This document shows, one piece after another, positions 10,801 through 25,800 of a DNA stretch of 64,000 nt; position 1 is the first letter of the stretch, and the number at the start of each line of letters is the position of its first letter. The stretch spans positions 11,907 to 75,906 of the forward strand of contig JADFZK010000004.1 in NCBI GenBank assembly GCA_015232565.1. The letters are read 5' to 3'. Both the position numbers and the translations under genes were made by a program. Below the pieces are notes generated by a model. That model made no database searches. It was not told the DNA's origin and worked only from the letters and a program-made list of their open reading frames with translations. The DNA comes from Candidatus Omnitrophota bacterium. GTDB lineage: Bacteria > Omnitrophota > Gorgyraeia > Zapsychrales > Fredricksoniimonadaceae.

Positions 10801-13800
10801 ATCCGATAAAATATCCAGATCAGTCCAATTAATGCTAGTTTTAGACAACTGATCAATATCCTGCCAATTAATACCCGATGTAGATAACGAATTAATATCC
10901 GTCCAGTTAACACTGGAAATTGACATCGACGAGAAATCCGTCCAGTTCACACCAGAATTACTCAAGACATCCAGATCAGACCAGTTGACGCCCGACATGG
11001 ACATGGAGTCCAGATCGGTCCAGTTAATGCCGGCAATTGCCATCTGACTTAAATCAGTCCAGTTCATTCCAGAACGCGACATTGTAGAAAGATCCATCCA
11101 ATTCACTGCATTATTGGACATCACGCTCATATCCTGCCAATTGATCTCGGTCTTGGTCATAACGTCAAGACTGTCCCAATTAACGCCCAATTCGGTCATC
11201 ACCACAAAATCATCCCAATTAACACCGGCCGTAGTCATGATGCCCAGGCTCTCCCAATTTACCCCGGTGGTAGTCATGGTGTTCAGGTCTTGCCAATTAA
11301 TCGCACGTGTAGTAAGGACTGCCATATCATCCCAATTTACCGCGGACGAGGCCAGGACATCCAATCCGGTCCAGTTAACACCCTGGGCGCTCATAGAAGC
11401 AATATCATTCCAGTTAATACCCATGTTAGTCATGGATTGCCAATCCGACCAATTCACACCAGAATCACTCATAATATCAAGATCGGTCCAGTTAATGCCG
11501 GACGCCGACAATGACGAAATATCAGTCCAATTAATGCCAGAATTACCAAGAGTGCTGATGTCAGTCCAATTTAGCTGTGAATTTCCCAGAACCGCTAAAT
11601 CCTGCCAATTAAGCTGACTTAAACTTAGGCGCTCGATATCAGTCCAGTTAATTCCGGAAGCTGAAAGCGTTTCAATATCCGTCCAGTTTACACCCTGATC
11701 GGTCATTTTCTCAATATCCAGCCAATTGATGGAGCTATTAGTGGACACACCCAGGTCAGACCAATTTATAGCTCTAGTAGTCATTACCGCCAGGTCTTCC
11801 CAATTAATCGAATCGGTGGTCATTCTCTGCATATCCGACCAGTTTAGGCCGCTGGCTGATAAAACTGCTACATCCGCCCAATTAACGCCCAGATCGGTCA
11901 TGCGCTCAAAATCACTCCAATTTACACCGGCATTGTGTAAAACCTCTACATCCGTCCAATTGATACCACTATCGGACAAGCTTTCAATATCGGTCCAATT
12001 AATTCTACTAGTAGACAGAATATTCAGATCAGTCCAATTAATAGCACTGCCGGTTAAAGAAGCCAGATCAGTCCAATTAACTCCGGAATCACTTAAAGTG
12101 TTAACATCGGTCCAGTTGATGGCCGAACCAGTTAATTGCGCCAGGTCCGCCCAATTAATACCAGCATCATTCATGACCGAAAGATCAGACCAGTTCACTC
12201 CTGTTTTACTCAAGCTCTCTACATCTAACCAATTGACCCCTTGTAATGTTAAGGACTGAATATCCGTCCAGTTCACTCCTGTATTAAAGAACACCGCCAG
12301 ATCAGTCCAGTTGATAGCAGAATCACTCATTGAATCAATATCAGTCCAGTTAATACCCGACAAACTTTCTGCAGCCAGGTCATACCAGTTAATGCCCGAA
12401 CTGGAAATGGTTTCCAGATCAGTCCAATTGATCCCTTGCTTTGAAATCGTTTCAATGTCGGTCCAATTTACACTAGAACTACTTAACTGCGCGATATCCG
12501 TCCAGTTGATCCCGATGGTGCTTAAATAATTCAGATCAGACCAATTGACTCCGGTTTGACTTAACGTCTGAATATCGGTCCAATTAACGCCGATCTCGCT
12601 CATTGAAGAAATATCGGTCCAATTAATTCCCGAGGCACTCAATGTTTGCAAATCTGTCCAATTAATGCCAGTAGTGCTTATCTGTTCAATATCCAGCCAA
12701 TTAATACCTTTGTTACTTAAAACATTGATATCAGTCCAATTAATTGCGCTGTTAGACATTAAGCTTAGATCAGTCCAATTGATAGTTTCGGTACTGATTC
12801 TGGCCAGATCTGTCCAGTTAATAGTAGAAGTACTTAAAGTTTCAATATCGGTCCAATTAATTCCACGGTTGGACATGATATCCAGATCTGACCAGTTAAT
12901 ACCGGAATTCCCCAGTGTACTGATATCGGTCCAATTAACTCCCGATATACTCATTTGATCTAAGTCAGTCCAATTAATGCCTGACATGGTCAAGGTATTC
13001 ATATCCTGCCAGTTAATAGCAGTTGTGGTTAACACCGCCCAATCCTGCCAATTGATCGCTGACTTGCTGAACGACTCCAAATCAGTCCAATTAACACCAG
13101 ATTGAGTGATCGTTTGAATATCGGTCCAATTAACTCCCGACAAACTTAACTGATCAATATCTGTCCAATTAATGCCAGTATTTGAAAGCGATTGAATATC
13201 GGTCCAATTAACACCACTGGAACTTAAGGTGTTCATATCTGTCCAATTAATAGCGGTATCGGTCATGGCTGCTATATCGGTCCAGTTAACACCAATGTCA
13301 GACATTACTGAAATATCAGCCCAGTTGACACCGGAAGAACTTAACGTTTGAACATCGGTCCAATTAATGCCTTTATTTGAAAGAACATCAATGTCAGACC
13401 AATTAATACCTGTTTCAGTTAATGTTTGAATATCAGTCCAATTAACACCGGTCAGAGTCATTCGTTCCAGATCGGTCCAGTTAATACCGGTTTTAGTGAT
13501 CGTTTCAATATCGGTCCAATTTACGCCTTCTGTCGACAGACTTTCAATATCAGTCCAGTTAATACCGGTTTTAGATATTTGTTCTACATCGGTCCAATTA
13601 ATACCTTGATTGGTTAATGACCCAATATCCTGCCAATTGATCCCGGTAACACTAAGCTCTTTAATATCCTGCCAATTGATCCCGGATAAAGTAGCCGTAT
13701 TAACGTCAGTCCAATTTATACCGGACTGGGTTAAGGTTTGAACATCCGTCCAATTAATTCCGGTTTTACCGAGAGCTTCAACATCGATCCAGTTAATGCC

Positions 13801-16800
13801 GCTGTTACTTATTGTGGAAATATCCTGCCAATTAGTGCCCACATTACTCATTATCTCAAGATCAGCCCAGTTCACGCCGGTGCTACTTAAAGTTTGAATA
13901 TCCGTCCAGTTAATACCGGACAAGGTTAGTTTTTCAATATCGGTCCAGTTAAGACCAGATACAGTTAACGAATTCAAATCAATCCAATTAATACCAGTTT
14001 GGGATAAAGTTTCAATATCCGTCCAGTTAACACCGTTATCGGAGAGCGCTTCAATATCAGTCCAATTAATGCTCGAAGTACTCAGGGTGAGAATGTCGGT
14101 CCAGTTAATTCCGGACTTACTTATGGTATCAAGATCCGTCCAGTTAATCCCGGTTAAACTAAGTGTTTGAATATCAGCCCAGTTCACTCCGGTCCGGGAT
14201 ATTGCTTCAATATCCGTCCAGTTAATACCCTGAACCGTTAAAGTTTGCATATCAGTCCAGTTAATACTTTGGGTAGTCATGGCACTTAAATCTATCCAAT
14301 TGATCGCCTGATTAGACATGGCACTCATGTCGGTCCAATTAATGGCAGCGCCGCTCAAAATATTTAAATCTGACCAATTAATACCGGATTCACTAATTGT
14401 TTGAATATCAGTCCAATTGATCCCTGTTTCACTCAACACATCAATATCAGCCCAATTTACACCTGATTCACTAATAGTCTGGATATCCGTCCAGTTAATA
14501 CCAGTTTTTGATATCAGCTCAATATCATTCCAGTTTAATCCGTTCAAAGACAAGGCACTGATATCTGTCCAATTGATAGCGCTTCTCGAGAAAAGATCCA
14601 AATCAGTCCAATTAATTCCTGCGGTAGTAAAGGAATTAAGGTCGGTCCAATTAACTCCGGTTTTACTTAACTGCTCAATATCGGTCCAGTTAACTCCAGT
14701 AACCGACAAGGATCCAATATCGGTCCAGTTTAGACCGCTTACACTCAGCTGTTGAATATCTTCCCAATTCACACCGGTATAAGTAAGCCTTTCAATATCC
14801 TGCCAATTAATCCCCTGCTTGGTGATAACTTCCAGGTCTGACCAGTTAACAGACTGTTTGGTTAAGCTTTCAATATCCGTCCAATTCACACCTTGTTTAC
14901 TTAACAACTCAACATCGGTCCAATTTAGGCCTTGTTTGGAAAGCGTTTCGTAATCAGTCCAATTTATGCTCTGCTTACTAATAACTTCAATGTCAGTCCA
15001 ATTAATTCCGGTCTGACTAAGCGAATCTATATCCGTCCAATTAACGCCGGCCAAGGAAGCCGTTTCAATATCAGTCCAGTTAATACCTTTATTGCTAAGA
15101 ATATTAATGTCGGTCCAATTAACACCAGTCTCTGTCAGCGTTTGAATATCAGTCCAATTAACTCCGGCCAGACTCAAGGTTTCAATATCGCTCCAGTTTA
15201 TGCCTTGAGCGCTGATAGTTTCAATATCCGCCCAATTTAATCCTTCATTTGACAACGTTTCAATATCCGCCCAATTCACCGTAGAACGGCTTAATATAGA
15301 AATGTCAGCCCAGTTAATTGCTGAATCCGCCAGCGTATTTAAGTCGGTCCAATTAAGACCAGCAACGGTCATGGTTTCCAGATCGGTCCAGTTAATTCCG
15401 GTACTTGAAAGCGTAGAAAGATCGGTCCAATTAATGCCGGAAGCATGCATTGAAGCAATATCGGACCAATTAATACCAGTTACCGTCATGGATTCGAAAT
15501 CAGTCCAATTAATAGCATTGTTAGTAATGACTGACAGGTCAGCCCAATTAGTACCAACATTAGTCATAACCGACAGGTCAGTCCAATTAATACCCAGCGA
15601 ATTCATTACATTCAGATCTGACCAATTGACCCCGATCGAACTCATATAATTCAGATCCGACCAATTAACTCCAGTGGCACTCATTAAGGAAATGTCTTCC
15701 CAATTAACGCCATCTTTGGTGAGTTGTTCAATGTCAGTCCAGTTTACACCCACATTGGTCAAGGTTTGCACATCGATCCAATTAATACCTTGTTTGGACA
15801 GTGTTTCAATATCCTGCCAATTTATGTTTTGTTTGGAAATTACATCCAGGTCGCTCCAATTGATTCCGGTAGTGGCGATGGTTTGAATATCTGTCCAATT
15901 AATTCCGGTTTGCGAAATTGTTTCAATATCTGTCCAATTAACTCCTGATTTGGCCAGTACATCAATATCCTGCCAATTAATTCCGCTAGTGGTCAAGGTT
16001 TGAATATCCGCCCAATTCAGGCCAATATTGCTGGCGGTCTGCAGATCAGTCCAATTAATAGCTTGTTGCGAAATAGTTTCCAGATCGGTCCAGTTAATTC
16101 CTTCATTTGTTAAGGAGGCCCAATCCAGCCAATTGATTGTGGAGGTGCTCATCGAGGATAGATCGGTCCAATTAATACCCGATAGTCCAAGGGCGCCAAT
16201 ATCGGTCCAATTAACACCAGTCAGGCTGACAGTTTGTAGTTCGGTCCAATTGATTCCGGTAGTAGACAGCTGCGCAATATCGGTCCAATTAACACCTGTT
16301 TCACTAATGGTTTGAACATCGGTCCAATTAATTCCGGTAACTGTTAAGGCCTTAATATCATCCCAGTTTAATCCGGTAACAGTAAGGCGTTGGATATCTT
16401 CCCAATTAATGCCATTGGTAGAAAGTCTTTCAATATCCTGCCAATTAATACCTTGTTTGGATATCGTATCAATATCCGCCCAATTGACGCCGGTAGTCGT
16501 CATTGTATTAATGTCCTGCCAGTTTATAGCAATATTGCTCATCACTGCCATATCGGCCCAATTCACACCGGTAGATGATACCTGAGCAAAATCCTGCCAG
16601 TTAATAGTGGAAAGGCTCATTATAGAAAGATCATGCCAGTTCACTCCACTATCACTTAACAATTGAATATCCGCCCAATTAATGTTTTGGGTAGATAATG
16701 TTTCAATGTCAGTCCAATTTACACCCTGTTTGGTTAAAGTCTCAATGTCGGTCCAATTAATACCGGTTCTGGAAATCTGTTCAATGTCAGTCCAATTAAC

Positions 16801-19800
16801 ACCAGATAAGGATAAGGTGTTTAGATCAGTCCAATTAATACCACTTGTTGAGATCGTCTCAATATCGCTCCAGTTAATTCCCTGACGGGATATTTGTTCT
16901 ACATCCGTCCAATTGATACCCTGCCGGGATATGACATCAAGATCCGACCAGTTCATCCCAGTCAAACTTAATTGCTCAATATCGGTCCAATTAATCCCTT
17001 CAATACTCATAACATTAAGGTCAGACCAGTTTAAACCGGTAGAACTTAAAGATTGAATATCCGTCCAATTAATTCCTGTTACAGATAACTGTTGTAAATC
17101 CTGCCAATTGATGCCGGTTGTGGATAGTTTTTCAATATCCAACCAGTTAACACCCTGTTTAGACACCGTTTCAATATCTGACCAATTGATACCTTGACGC
17201 GAAATAGTTTCAATATCCAGCCAATTGATACCCGTCAAGCTCATGGCCCCAATATCCGACCAATTAATACCATCCATAGTCAACGATTGAATATCGGTCC
17301 AATTAATGCCAATATTGGTTAAAGTTTCAATATCTTGCCAATTAACGCCTTGATGCGTAAGAACTTCAAAATCAGCCCAATTTACTGCCGACGAAGTCAA
17401 TGTGTTTAGATCGGTCCAATTCACGCCACTATCACTCAAGAGAGCCAGATCGATCCAATTAATACCGTTAGTACTTAAGGCTTGAATATCAATCCAGTTA
17501 ATACCTTGATTTGATATTGTTTGCACATCAGACCAATTAATACTGGAACGACTCAGAGTTTCCAAATCCTGCCAATTAATACCCTGCTTAGCTAACACAT
17601 CAATATCGGACCAATTTAAACCAGTACGTGAAAGTGTGTTCAGATCTTCCCAATTAACTCCGGTAACAGATAGCAAGCCGATATCAGTCCAATTTAAACC
17701 GGTAGTAGTAAGTGTTTCGACATCAGTCCAGTTCACCCCTTGCCGGGATAATGTCTCAATATCTTGCCAATTGATACCTTGATCGGAGAGCGTTTGAATA
17801 TCCGACCAATTGACGCCAGTCCCAGAAATGACGCCCACATCATCCCAGTTAACGCCGCGAGTAGTCAAAACCGTAAGGTCATCCCAATTCACAGCTACCG
17901 CGGACATAGTCTGAACATCGGCCCAGTTAATAACAGAATGCGACAACGTAGCTAAATCGGTCCAATTAACACCCAACGTGCTAAATACCGACCAATCAGT
18001 CCAATTTACACCAGACGATGTCAATTGTTGAATATCAGTCCAATTCAAGCCGGTTACTGACAATGACTCAATATCGGTCCAATTAATACCCTGCCGGGAG
18101 ATCGTTTCAATATCAGCCCAGTTAATGCCCTGGTCAGTTAAAGTTTGAATATCCAGCCAATTAATTCCGCTAGAAGACAATGTACCAATGTCGGACCAAT
18201 TGACACCGGTAAGACTCATATTGCCAATATCAGTCCAGTTAATACCAGTCAAACTAATAGTACGTATATCTTCCCAATTTAACCCTGCAACAGTTAATTG
18301 TTCAATATCCGTCCAATTAATTCCCTGTCTGGATAATGCATCAATATCCAGCCAGTTAATGCCTTGAACAGACAAGCGTTCGACGTCAGTCCAATTAATA
18401 CCTTGAGTAGTGAGTGTATTTATATCTGTCCAATTAATACCGGATAAGCTGATCCGTTCAATATCGGTCCAATTAACACCTTGAGTGGACAACGTGTTAA
18501 TATCACTCCAATTAATTCCGGTCTTTGATAGCTCGGCAATATCCTGCCAATTAAGGCCAATAGTAGACATGGAACCGATATCCGACCAGTTAATACCAGT
18601 CAAAGAAACCGTTTCAATATCCACCCAATTTATACCGGCAACAGACAATGAATTAATGTCTGTCCAATTGACGCCAATCTTTGACATAGTTTCTAAATCG
18701 GTCCAATTTACGCCAGTTTTACCAAGTGATTCCAGGTCGGTCCAATTAATGCCCGTAGTGCTGATCTTTTCGATATCCAACCAATTGATGCCCACGACGC
18801 TAAGAGATTCAATATCCGACCAATTAATACCTTGAGCACTTATTGCGCCGATATCTGTCCAATTGATACCTTCAACTGAAAGACGTTCAACATCCGTCCA
18901 ATTAATACCACTATCACTCAGGCGCGCAATATCTTGCCAATTGAGGCCAACATTACTCATGACACCAACATCACTCCAATTTATTCCCTCAGCAAACAAA
19001 GTGTTCATGTCGGTCCAATTAATACCCGTAGTACTTAAAGCTCCGACATCAGTCCAATTCACCGAACTCATAGTTAACTGATTAAAATCTTGCCAGTTTA
19101 CGCCAGTATCACTAAGCGACGCCAAATCAGTCCAGTTAACACCATCCAAAGTCATTTGAGCAAAATCGGTCCAGTTAACAGACGCATTGGTCATTGCACT
19201 GAAACTAGCCCAATTAACCTCGGCAGTGGTTAATACATTAAGATCAGACCAATTGACGGTCGATTCACTTAATAATGCTATATCGGTCCAATTAATGCCT
19301 CGGTCAGACATAATAGCAATATCAGACCAATTGACCCCTGTTTCACTAATAGTGCCGATATCGACCCAATTAATGCCCGTAAGAGAAAGACTGCCAATGT
19401 CGGTCCAATTGATACCAGTTTGGCTGATCGCTCCAACATCAGTCCAATTAATACCGGTAGTGGTCAGCTGTTCAATATCCTGCCAATTAATACCAGTGGT
19501 TGTAACCGTAAGAATGTCGGTCCAATTAATTCCAGTCTTAGCCATAACATCAATATCGGCCCAATTGACCCCGGTGGCTGCTAAGGTTTGAATGTCCTGC
19601 CAATTAATTCCTGTCTTGGAAAGTGTATCCACATCGGCCCAATTGATGCCGGTGGCAGACAGCGTTTGAATATCAGTCCAGTTAATACCAGATTGGGCCA
19701 ATGTTTCAAGGTCAGTCCAGTTCAATCCGGATTGAGTCAAACTGGAAATGTCTGTCCAATTGATAGTGGAGGAGGTAAGTGATTCAATATCCGTCCAGTT

Positions 19801-22800
19801 GATTCCGGACATAGATAAAGTATTAAGATCGGTCCAGTTAATTGCGGACGATGATAAAGTGCTAATATCGGTCCAATTCACACCGGTAACACTTAAAGTT
19901 TCCAGGTCGATCCAATTTACACCAACCGAAGACATTTGCGAAATATCGCTCCAATTAATTCCGGAAGTAGTAAGAGTATCAAGATCGGTCCAGTTAATTG
20001 CCGAATTTGTTAAAACTGACATATCTGCCCAATTCACAGAAGATTCCGACATCAGGTCAATATCTGCCCAATTCACACCTAAAGTTGTTAAGACCCCAAT
20101 GTCACTCCAATTAATCCCTGTAGCCGACAAAGATTGAATATCGGTCCAATTAATCCCAGTCACACTTAATGTTTCAATATCCTGCCAATTAATAGCAGTG
20201 GTAGAAAGTGACTGGATATCAGTCCAATTTAAACCGGTCAAGCTTAATGCTGAAATATCGGTCCAGTTTACCCCTGCACTGGTTAGGACATTAATGTCAG
20301 TCCAGTTGACCCCCGACTTGGTCAAAAGATCAATGTCGGTCCAATTAACTCCGGTGGTCGAAATTTGTTCAACATCGGACCAATTAATACCTGATCTGCT
20401 TAAAGTCTCAATATCGCTCCAATTAATAGCCGACCGAGCCAAAACATCAATATCCGACCAATTCATGCCGGTCGTTGAAAGTACGCCGATATCAGCCCAA
20501 TTAATGTTGGTCAAACTTAAAGAACCAATATCCGACCAGTTTACTCCAGTCATCGTTAAGGAAGCCACATCCGTCCAGTTAATTGCGGAATCACTTAATG
20601 AATTAAGATCATCCCAATTAACACCGGTAACACTTAAAATTTCAAAGTCAGCCCAGTTAATTCCGACATTAGTTAGTGATTGAATATCAGTCCAATTAAT
20701 TCCGGAATCAGTTAACCCGGCGACATCCGTCCAGTTAATGCTGGATTTGGTTAATAATTCTATATCCGCCCAATTCATGCCCGACTTGGCCAGAATATCA
20801 ATATCCTGCCAATTTATACCCGTAGTACTCAAAACTCCCACATCAGTCCAATTAATTCCAGTTTCACTTAACCGGCCAATGTCAGTCCAGTTAATGCCAG
20901 TCAAAGTTACTTCACTTATATCAGACCAATTAACACCAGTCAGGCTCATCGCGCCAATATCTGTCCAATTAATACCTTTATTTGTTAAATCATTAACATC
21001 CGACCAATTAATGCCACTCTCAGTTAAAGTGCCAATATCTGTCCAATTTACACCATCGACGCTCATCTGCGCAAAGTCCGTCCAGTTTACGCCACTGGTC
21101 GTCATTAAACTAAAATTATCCCAATTAAGAGTGGACGTTGACAACAACTCTAAATCAGCCCAATTAACAGCTGAAGAACTTAAAGTTTCAATATCGATCC
21201 AATTAACGCCCGAATGCGTTAAGGATTCGATATCGGTCCAATTAATTCCGGTCTTGGTGATGGTATCAATATCCTGCCAGTTAATACCGGTACTGCCCAG
21301 TACGCCGATATCCGACCAGTTAATGCCAGTCCGGGTTAAGACTTCCACATCCGCCCAGTTTAAGGAAGAACGGCTGAACACGTCGATGTCAGACCAGTTC
21401 ACACCCGTTTTCGACAAGGTCTCAATATCCGTCCAGTTGATACCCGTCATGGTGAGGGTTTCAATATCGGTCCAGTTGACGCCGGACGTGGTGAGCGTAT
21501 TGATGTCGGTCCAATTGATACCGGTCCTGGTGAGCAATTCGATATCGGTCCAATTAATACCGGTATTTGTTACCTGGCCGACATCGGTCCAGTTGATCTC
21601 ACTGCGGCTGATAACATCAATATCCGCCCAGTTGATCCCGGTCTTAGCCAGCGTGTCAATATCCTGCCAGTTAATTCCGGTAATAGACAGAACGCCGATA
21701 TCCGTCCAGTTTACACCGGTTTCACTTAAGCGGCCGATATCCGTCCAGTTAATTCCGGTTAAGCTGACCGCTTCAATATCAGTCCAGTTTACGCCTGTCA
21801 GACTCATTGCCCCGATATCGGTCCAATTAATACCTTTGTTGGTAAGGTCGTTAATATCCGACCAATTGATCCCGCTGGCCGTCAAAGAACCAATATCGGT
21901 CCAGTTAACGCCATCAACGGTCATCTGCGCGAAATCCGTCCAGTTAACTCCGCTGGTCGTCATTAAACTGAAATTGTCCCAGTTAATAGTGGAAGTCGAC
22001 AATACATCCAGATCCGACCAATTAACCGCCGACGCACTCAATGTTGCGATATCGGTCCAGTTAACGCCCACATCGGTCAAGATCCCCATATCCTGCCAGT
22101 TCACACCTGAGTTGGTCATCACCGAAAGATCGTTCCAGTTGACACCTAACCCGTTCATGACATTCAGGTCTGACCAATTTACACCAATATTGCTCATGTA
22201 ATTCAGATCCGACCAGTTGACTCCCGCCTGGCTCATGGCATCAATATCAGTCCAGTTCACACCGGTCTTAGTAAGTTGGTCAATATCAGTCCAGTTAATT
22301 CCCGTATTCGTCAAAGCGCCAATGTCGGTCCAATTAATTCCAGTCTTGGTGATGGTATCAATATCCTGCCAGTTAATACCGGTACTGCCCAGTACGCCGA
22401 TATCCGACCAGTTAATGCCAGTCCGGGTTAAGACTTCCACATCCGCCCAGTTTAAGGAAGAACGGCTGAACACGTCGATGTCAGACCAGTTCACACCCGT
22501 TTTCGACAAGGTCTCAATATCCGTCCAGTTGATACCCGTCATGGTGAGGGTTTCAATATCGGTCCAGTTGACGCCGGACGTGGTGAGCGTATTGATGTCG
22601 GTCCAATTGATACCGGTCTTGGTGATCAATTCGATATCGGACCAATTGATGCTGGTATTGCTTACTGTGCCCAAATCAGTCCAGTTAATACCAGTTTCAC
22701 TTAACCGCCCAATGTCGGTCCAGTTGATTCCAGTTACACTTAAAGATTCAAAATCAGTCCAATTGATCCCGGTCAAACTAGCTGATCCAATATCCGCCCA

Positions 22801-25800
22801 ATTAATACCAGTGGTGCTAATTTGACCCAGATCCTGCCAATTAATTCCAGTCTTCGAAATGATTTCAACATCAGACCAATTAACACCCGTCTTAGTTAAG
22901 GTATCAATGTCCTGCCAGTTAATTCCAGTAGTAGTTATGGTATTTAGGTCGGACCAGTTCACACCAGTTTTGGTAAGAAGATCAATATCGGTCCAATTAA
23001 TACCAGTTATTGCAAGCTGTTCCACATCGGTCCAATTAATACCAGAGCGGCTGATAACGTCGATATCATTCCAATTAACTCCTGTCTTAGCCAAAACATC
23101 AATATCCTGCCAATTAATTCCGGTGTTGCTTAGCACTCCAATATCCGACCAATTCACTCCAGTCGCACTGATCGAGCCAATATCAAGCCAATTAATTCCG
23201 GTAACACTTAAAAAACCAATATCCGTCCAGTTGATACCCGTCATGCTTAAAGCTTCAACATCGGTCCAATTGATGCCTTTATTTGTTAATACATCAATAT
23301 CCAACCAATTGATCCCATTATCACTCAAAACCGCAACGTCCATCCAGTTCACACCATTAATGGTCATCTGCGCAAAGTCGGTCCAATTAACGCCCACCGC
23401 GGTCATCACGCTGAAGCTATCCCAATTAACTCCGGCAGTCGTTAAACTATTTACATCCGACCAATTAACCGCAGTTAAACTTAAGGCCGCAACATCGGTC
23501 CAATTAACCCCAATAGTAGTTAAAGTGTTTACATCTTGCCAATTAACGCCTGAAGTGGTCATAACCGACAGGTCATTCCAATTTACACCAATGCTGTTCA
23601 TTATATTAAGATCAGACCAGTTCACACCAATATTACTCATGTAATTCAGATCAGACCAGTTCACTCCAGACTGACTCATTGACTCAATATCCGTCCAATT
23701 AACACCCGTCTTGGCAAGCAGGTCAATATCGGTCCAATTAATCCCAGTATTACTTAAAGTGCCGATATCGGTCCAATTAACGCCAGTTTCGCTTAACCGC
23801 CCAATATCGGTCCAGTTTATACCAGTAACGCTTAATGTTTCGAGATCAGTCCAATTGATCCCGGTCAAGCTGGCTGACCCGATATCTGTCCAATTAATGC
23901 CGGTGGTACTAATTTGGCCAAGATCCTGCCAATTAATTCCAGTCTTTGAAATAATTTCAACATCAGACCAATTGACACCTGTTTTAGTTAGGGTATCAAT
24001 ATCCTGCCAGTTAATTCCATTGGTGGTTACTACATTAAGGTCAGACCAGTTAACGCCGGTTTTGGTAAGAAGATCAATATCGGTCCAATTAATACCAGTG
24101 GCGGAAATTTGTTCTACATCGGTCCAGTTAATACCTGAACGGCTGATAACTTCAATATCATTCCAATTGACACCAGTTTTAGCTAGAACATCAATATCCT
24201 GCCAATTAATTCCGGTGTTGCTTAGCACACCAATATCCGACCAATTCACTCCAGTCGCACTGATCGAACCAATATCAAGCCAATTAATTCCGGTAACACT
24301 TAAAGAACCAATATCCGTCCAATTGATACCCGTCATGCTTAAAGCTTCAACATCGGTCCAATTAATGCCTTTATTTGTTAATACATCAATATCCAACCAG
24401 TTGATCCCGTTATCACTTAAAACTGCAACGTCCATCCAGTTCACACCATTAATGGTCATCTGCGCAAAGTCGGTCCAATTAACGCCCACCGCGGTCATCA
24501 CGCTGAAGCTATCCCAATTAACTCCGGCAGTCGTTAAACTATTTACATCCGACCAATTAACCGCAGTTAAACTTAAGGCCGCAACATCGGTCCAATTAAC
24601 CCCAATAGTAGTTAAAGTGTTTACATCTTGCCAATTAACGCCTGAAGTGGTCATAACCGACAGGTCATTCCAATTTACACCAATGCTGTTCATTATATTA
24701 AGATCAGACCAGTTCACACCGATATTACTCATGTAATTAAGATCCGACCAGTTCACCCCCGCCTGGCTCATAACATCAATATCTGCCCAATTAACACCAG
24801 TCTTGGTAAGCAAGTCAATATCGGTCCAGTTAATCCCTGTATTGCTTAGAGTGCCGATATCGGTCCAATTAACGCCGGTCTCGCTTAACCGCCCGATATC
24901 GGTCCAGTTGATTCCAGTTACACTTAATGTTTCAAAATCAGTCCAATTGATCCCGGTCAAACTAGCTGATCCGATATCTGTCCAATTAATGCCGGTGGTA
25001 CTAACCAGGCCGAGATCCTGCCAATTAATACCAGTTTTAGAAATGCTTTCAACATCCGACCAATTGACACCCGTTTTAGTTAAAGTGTCAATATCCTGCC
25101 AGTTAATTCCGGTGGTGGTTATTAGATTGAGATCGGACCAATTAACACCCGTCTTGGTAAGAAGATCTATGTCTGTCCAGTTAATGCCAGTTATCGAAAG
25201 CTGTTCCACATCGGTCCAATTAATACCTGAGCGGCTGATAACATCAATGTCGTTCCAGTTGACACCAGTTTTGGCCAGAACATCAATATCCTGCCAATTA
25301 ATACCTGTTTTACTTATCACATCTATATCCGTCCAGTTAACACCTAATGAGCTTATAACACTTACGTCCAGCCAATTAACGCCTGCGAGTGTCAACTCAC
25401 CTACGTCAGTCCAATTTACATTTGCGCTGGTCATTGAGCCAAAACTTTCCCAATTAACACCAGCATTGGTCATGGAATCTAAATTACTCCAATTTACACC
25501 AGAATTAGTGAAGTTTTGTAATTCGGACCAATTAACACCAGCCTCGGTCATCGACGTAATATCATCCCAATTAATTCCTGAAATAGTAAGTGTTTGTAAA
25601 TCATTCCAATTTAATCCGGCAGCTGTTAAAGCGGTGATATCCGTCCAATTAATATTACTATCGGTTATGGTTTCAACATCAGTCCAATTAACACCAATAT
25701 TACTTAAAGTCGTAATATCTTGCCAGTTAACGCCAGCATTGGTCATGACCGATAAATCATTCCAATTGACGCCCAAACTATTCATTACATTAAGATCGGA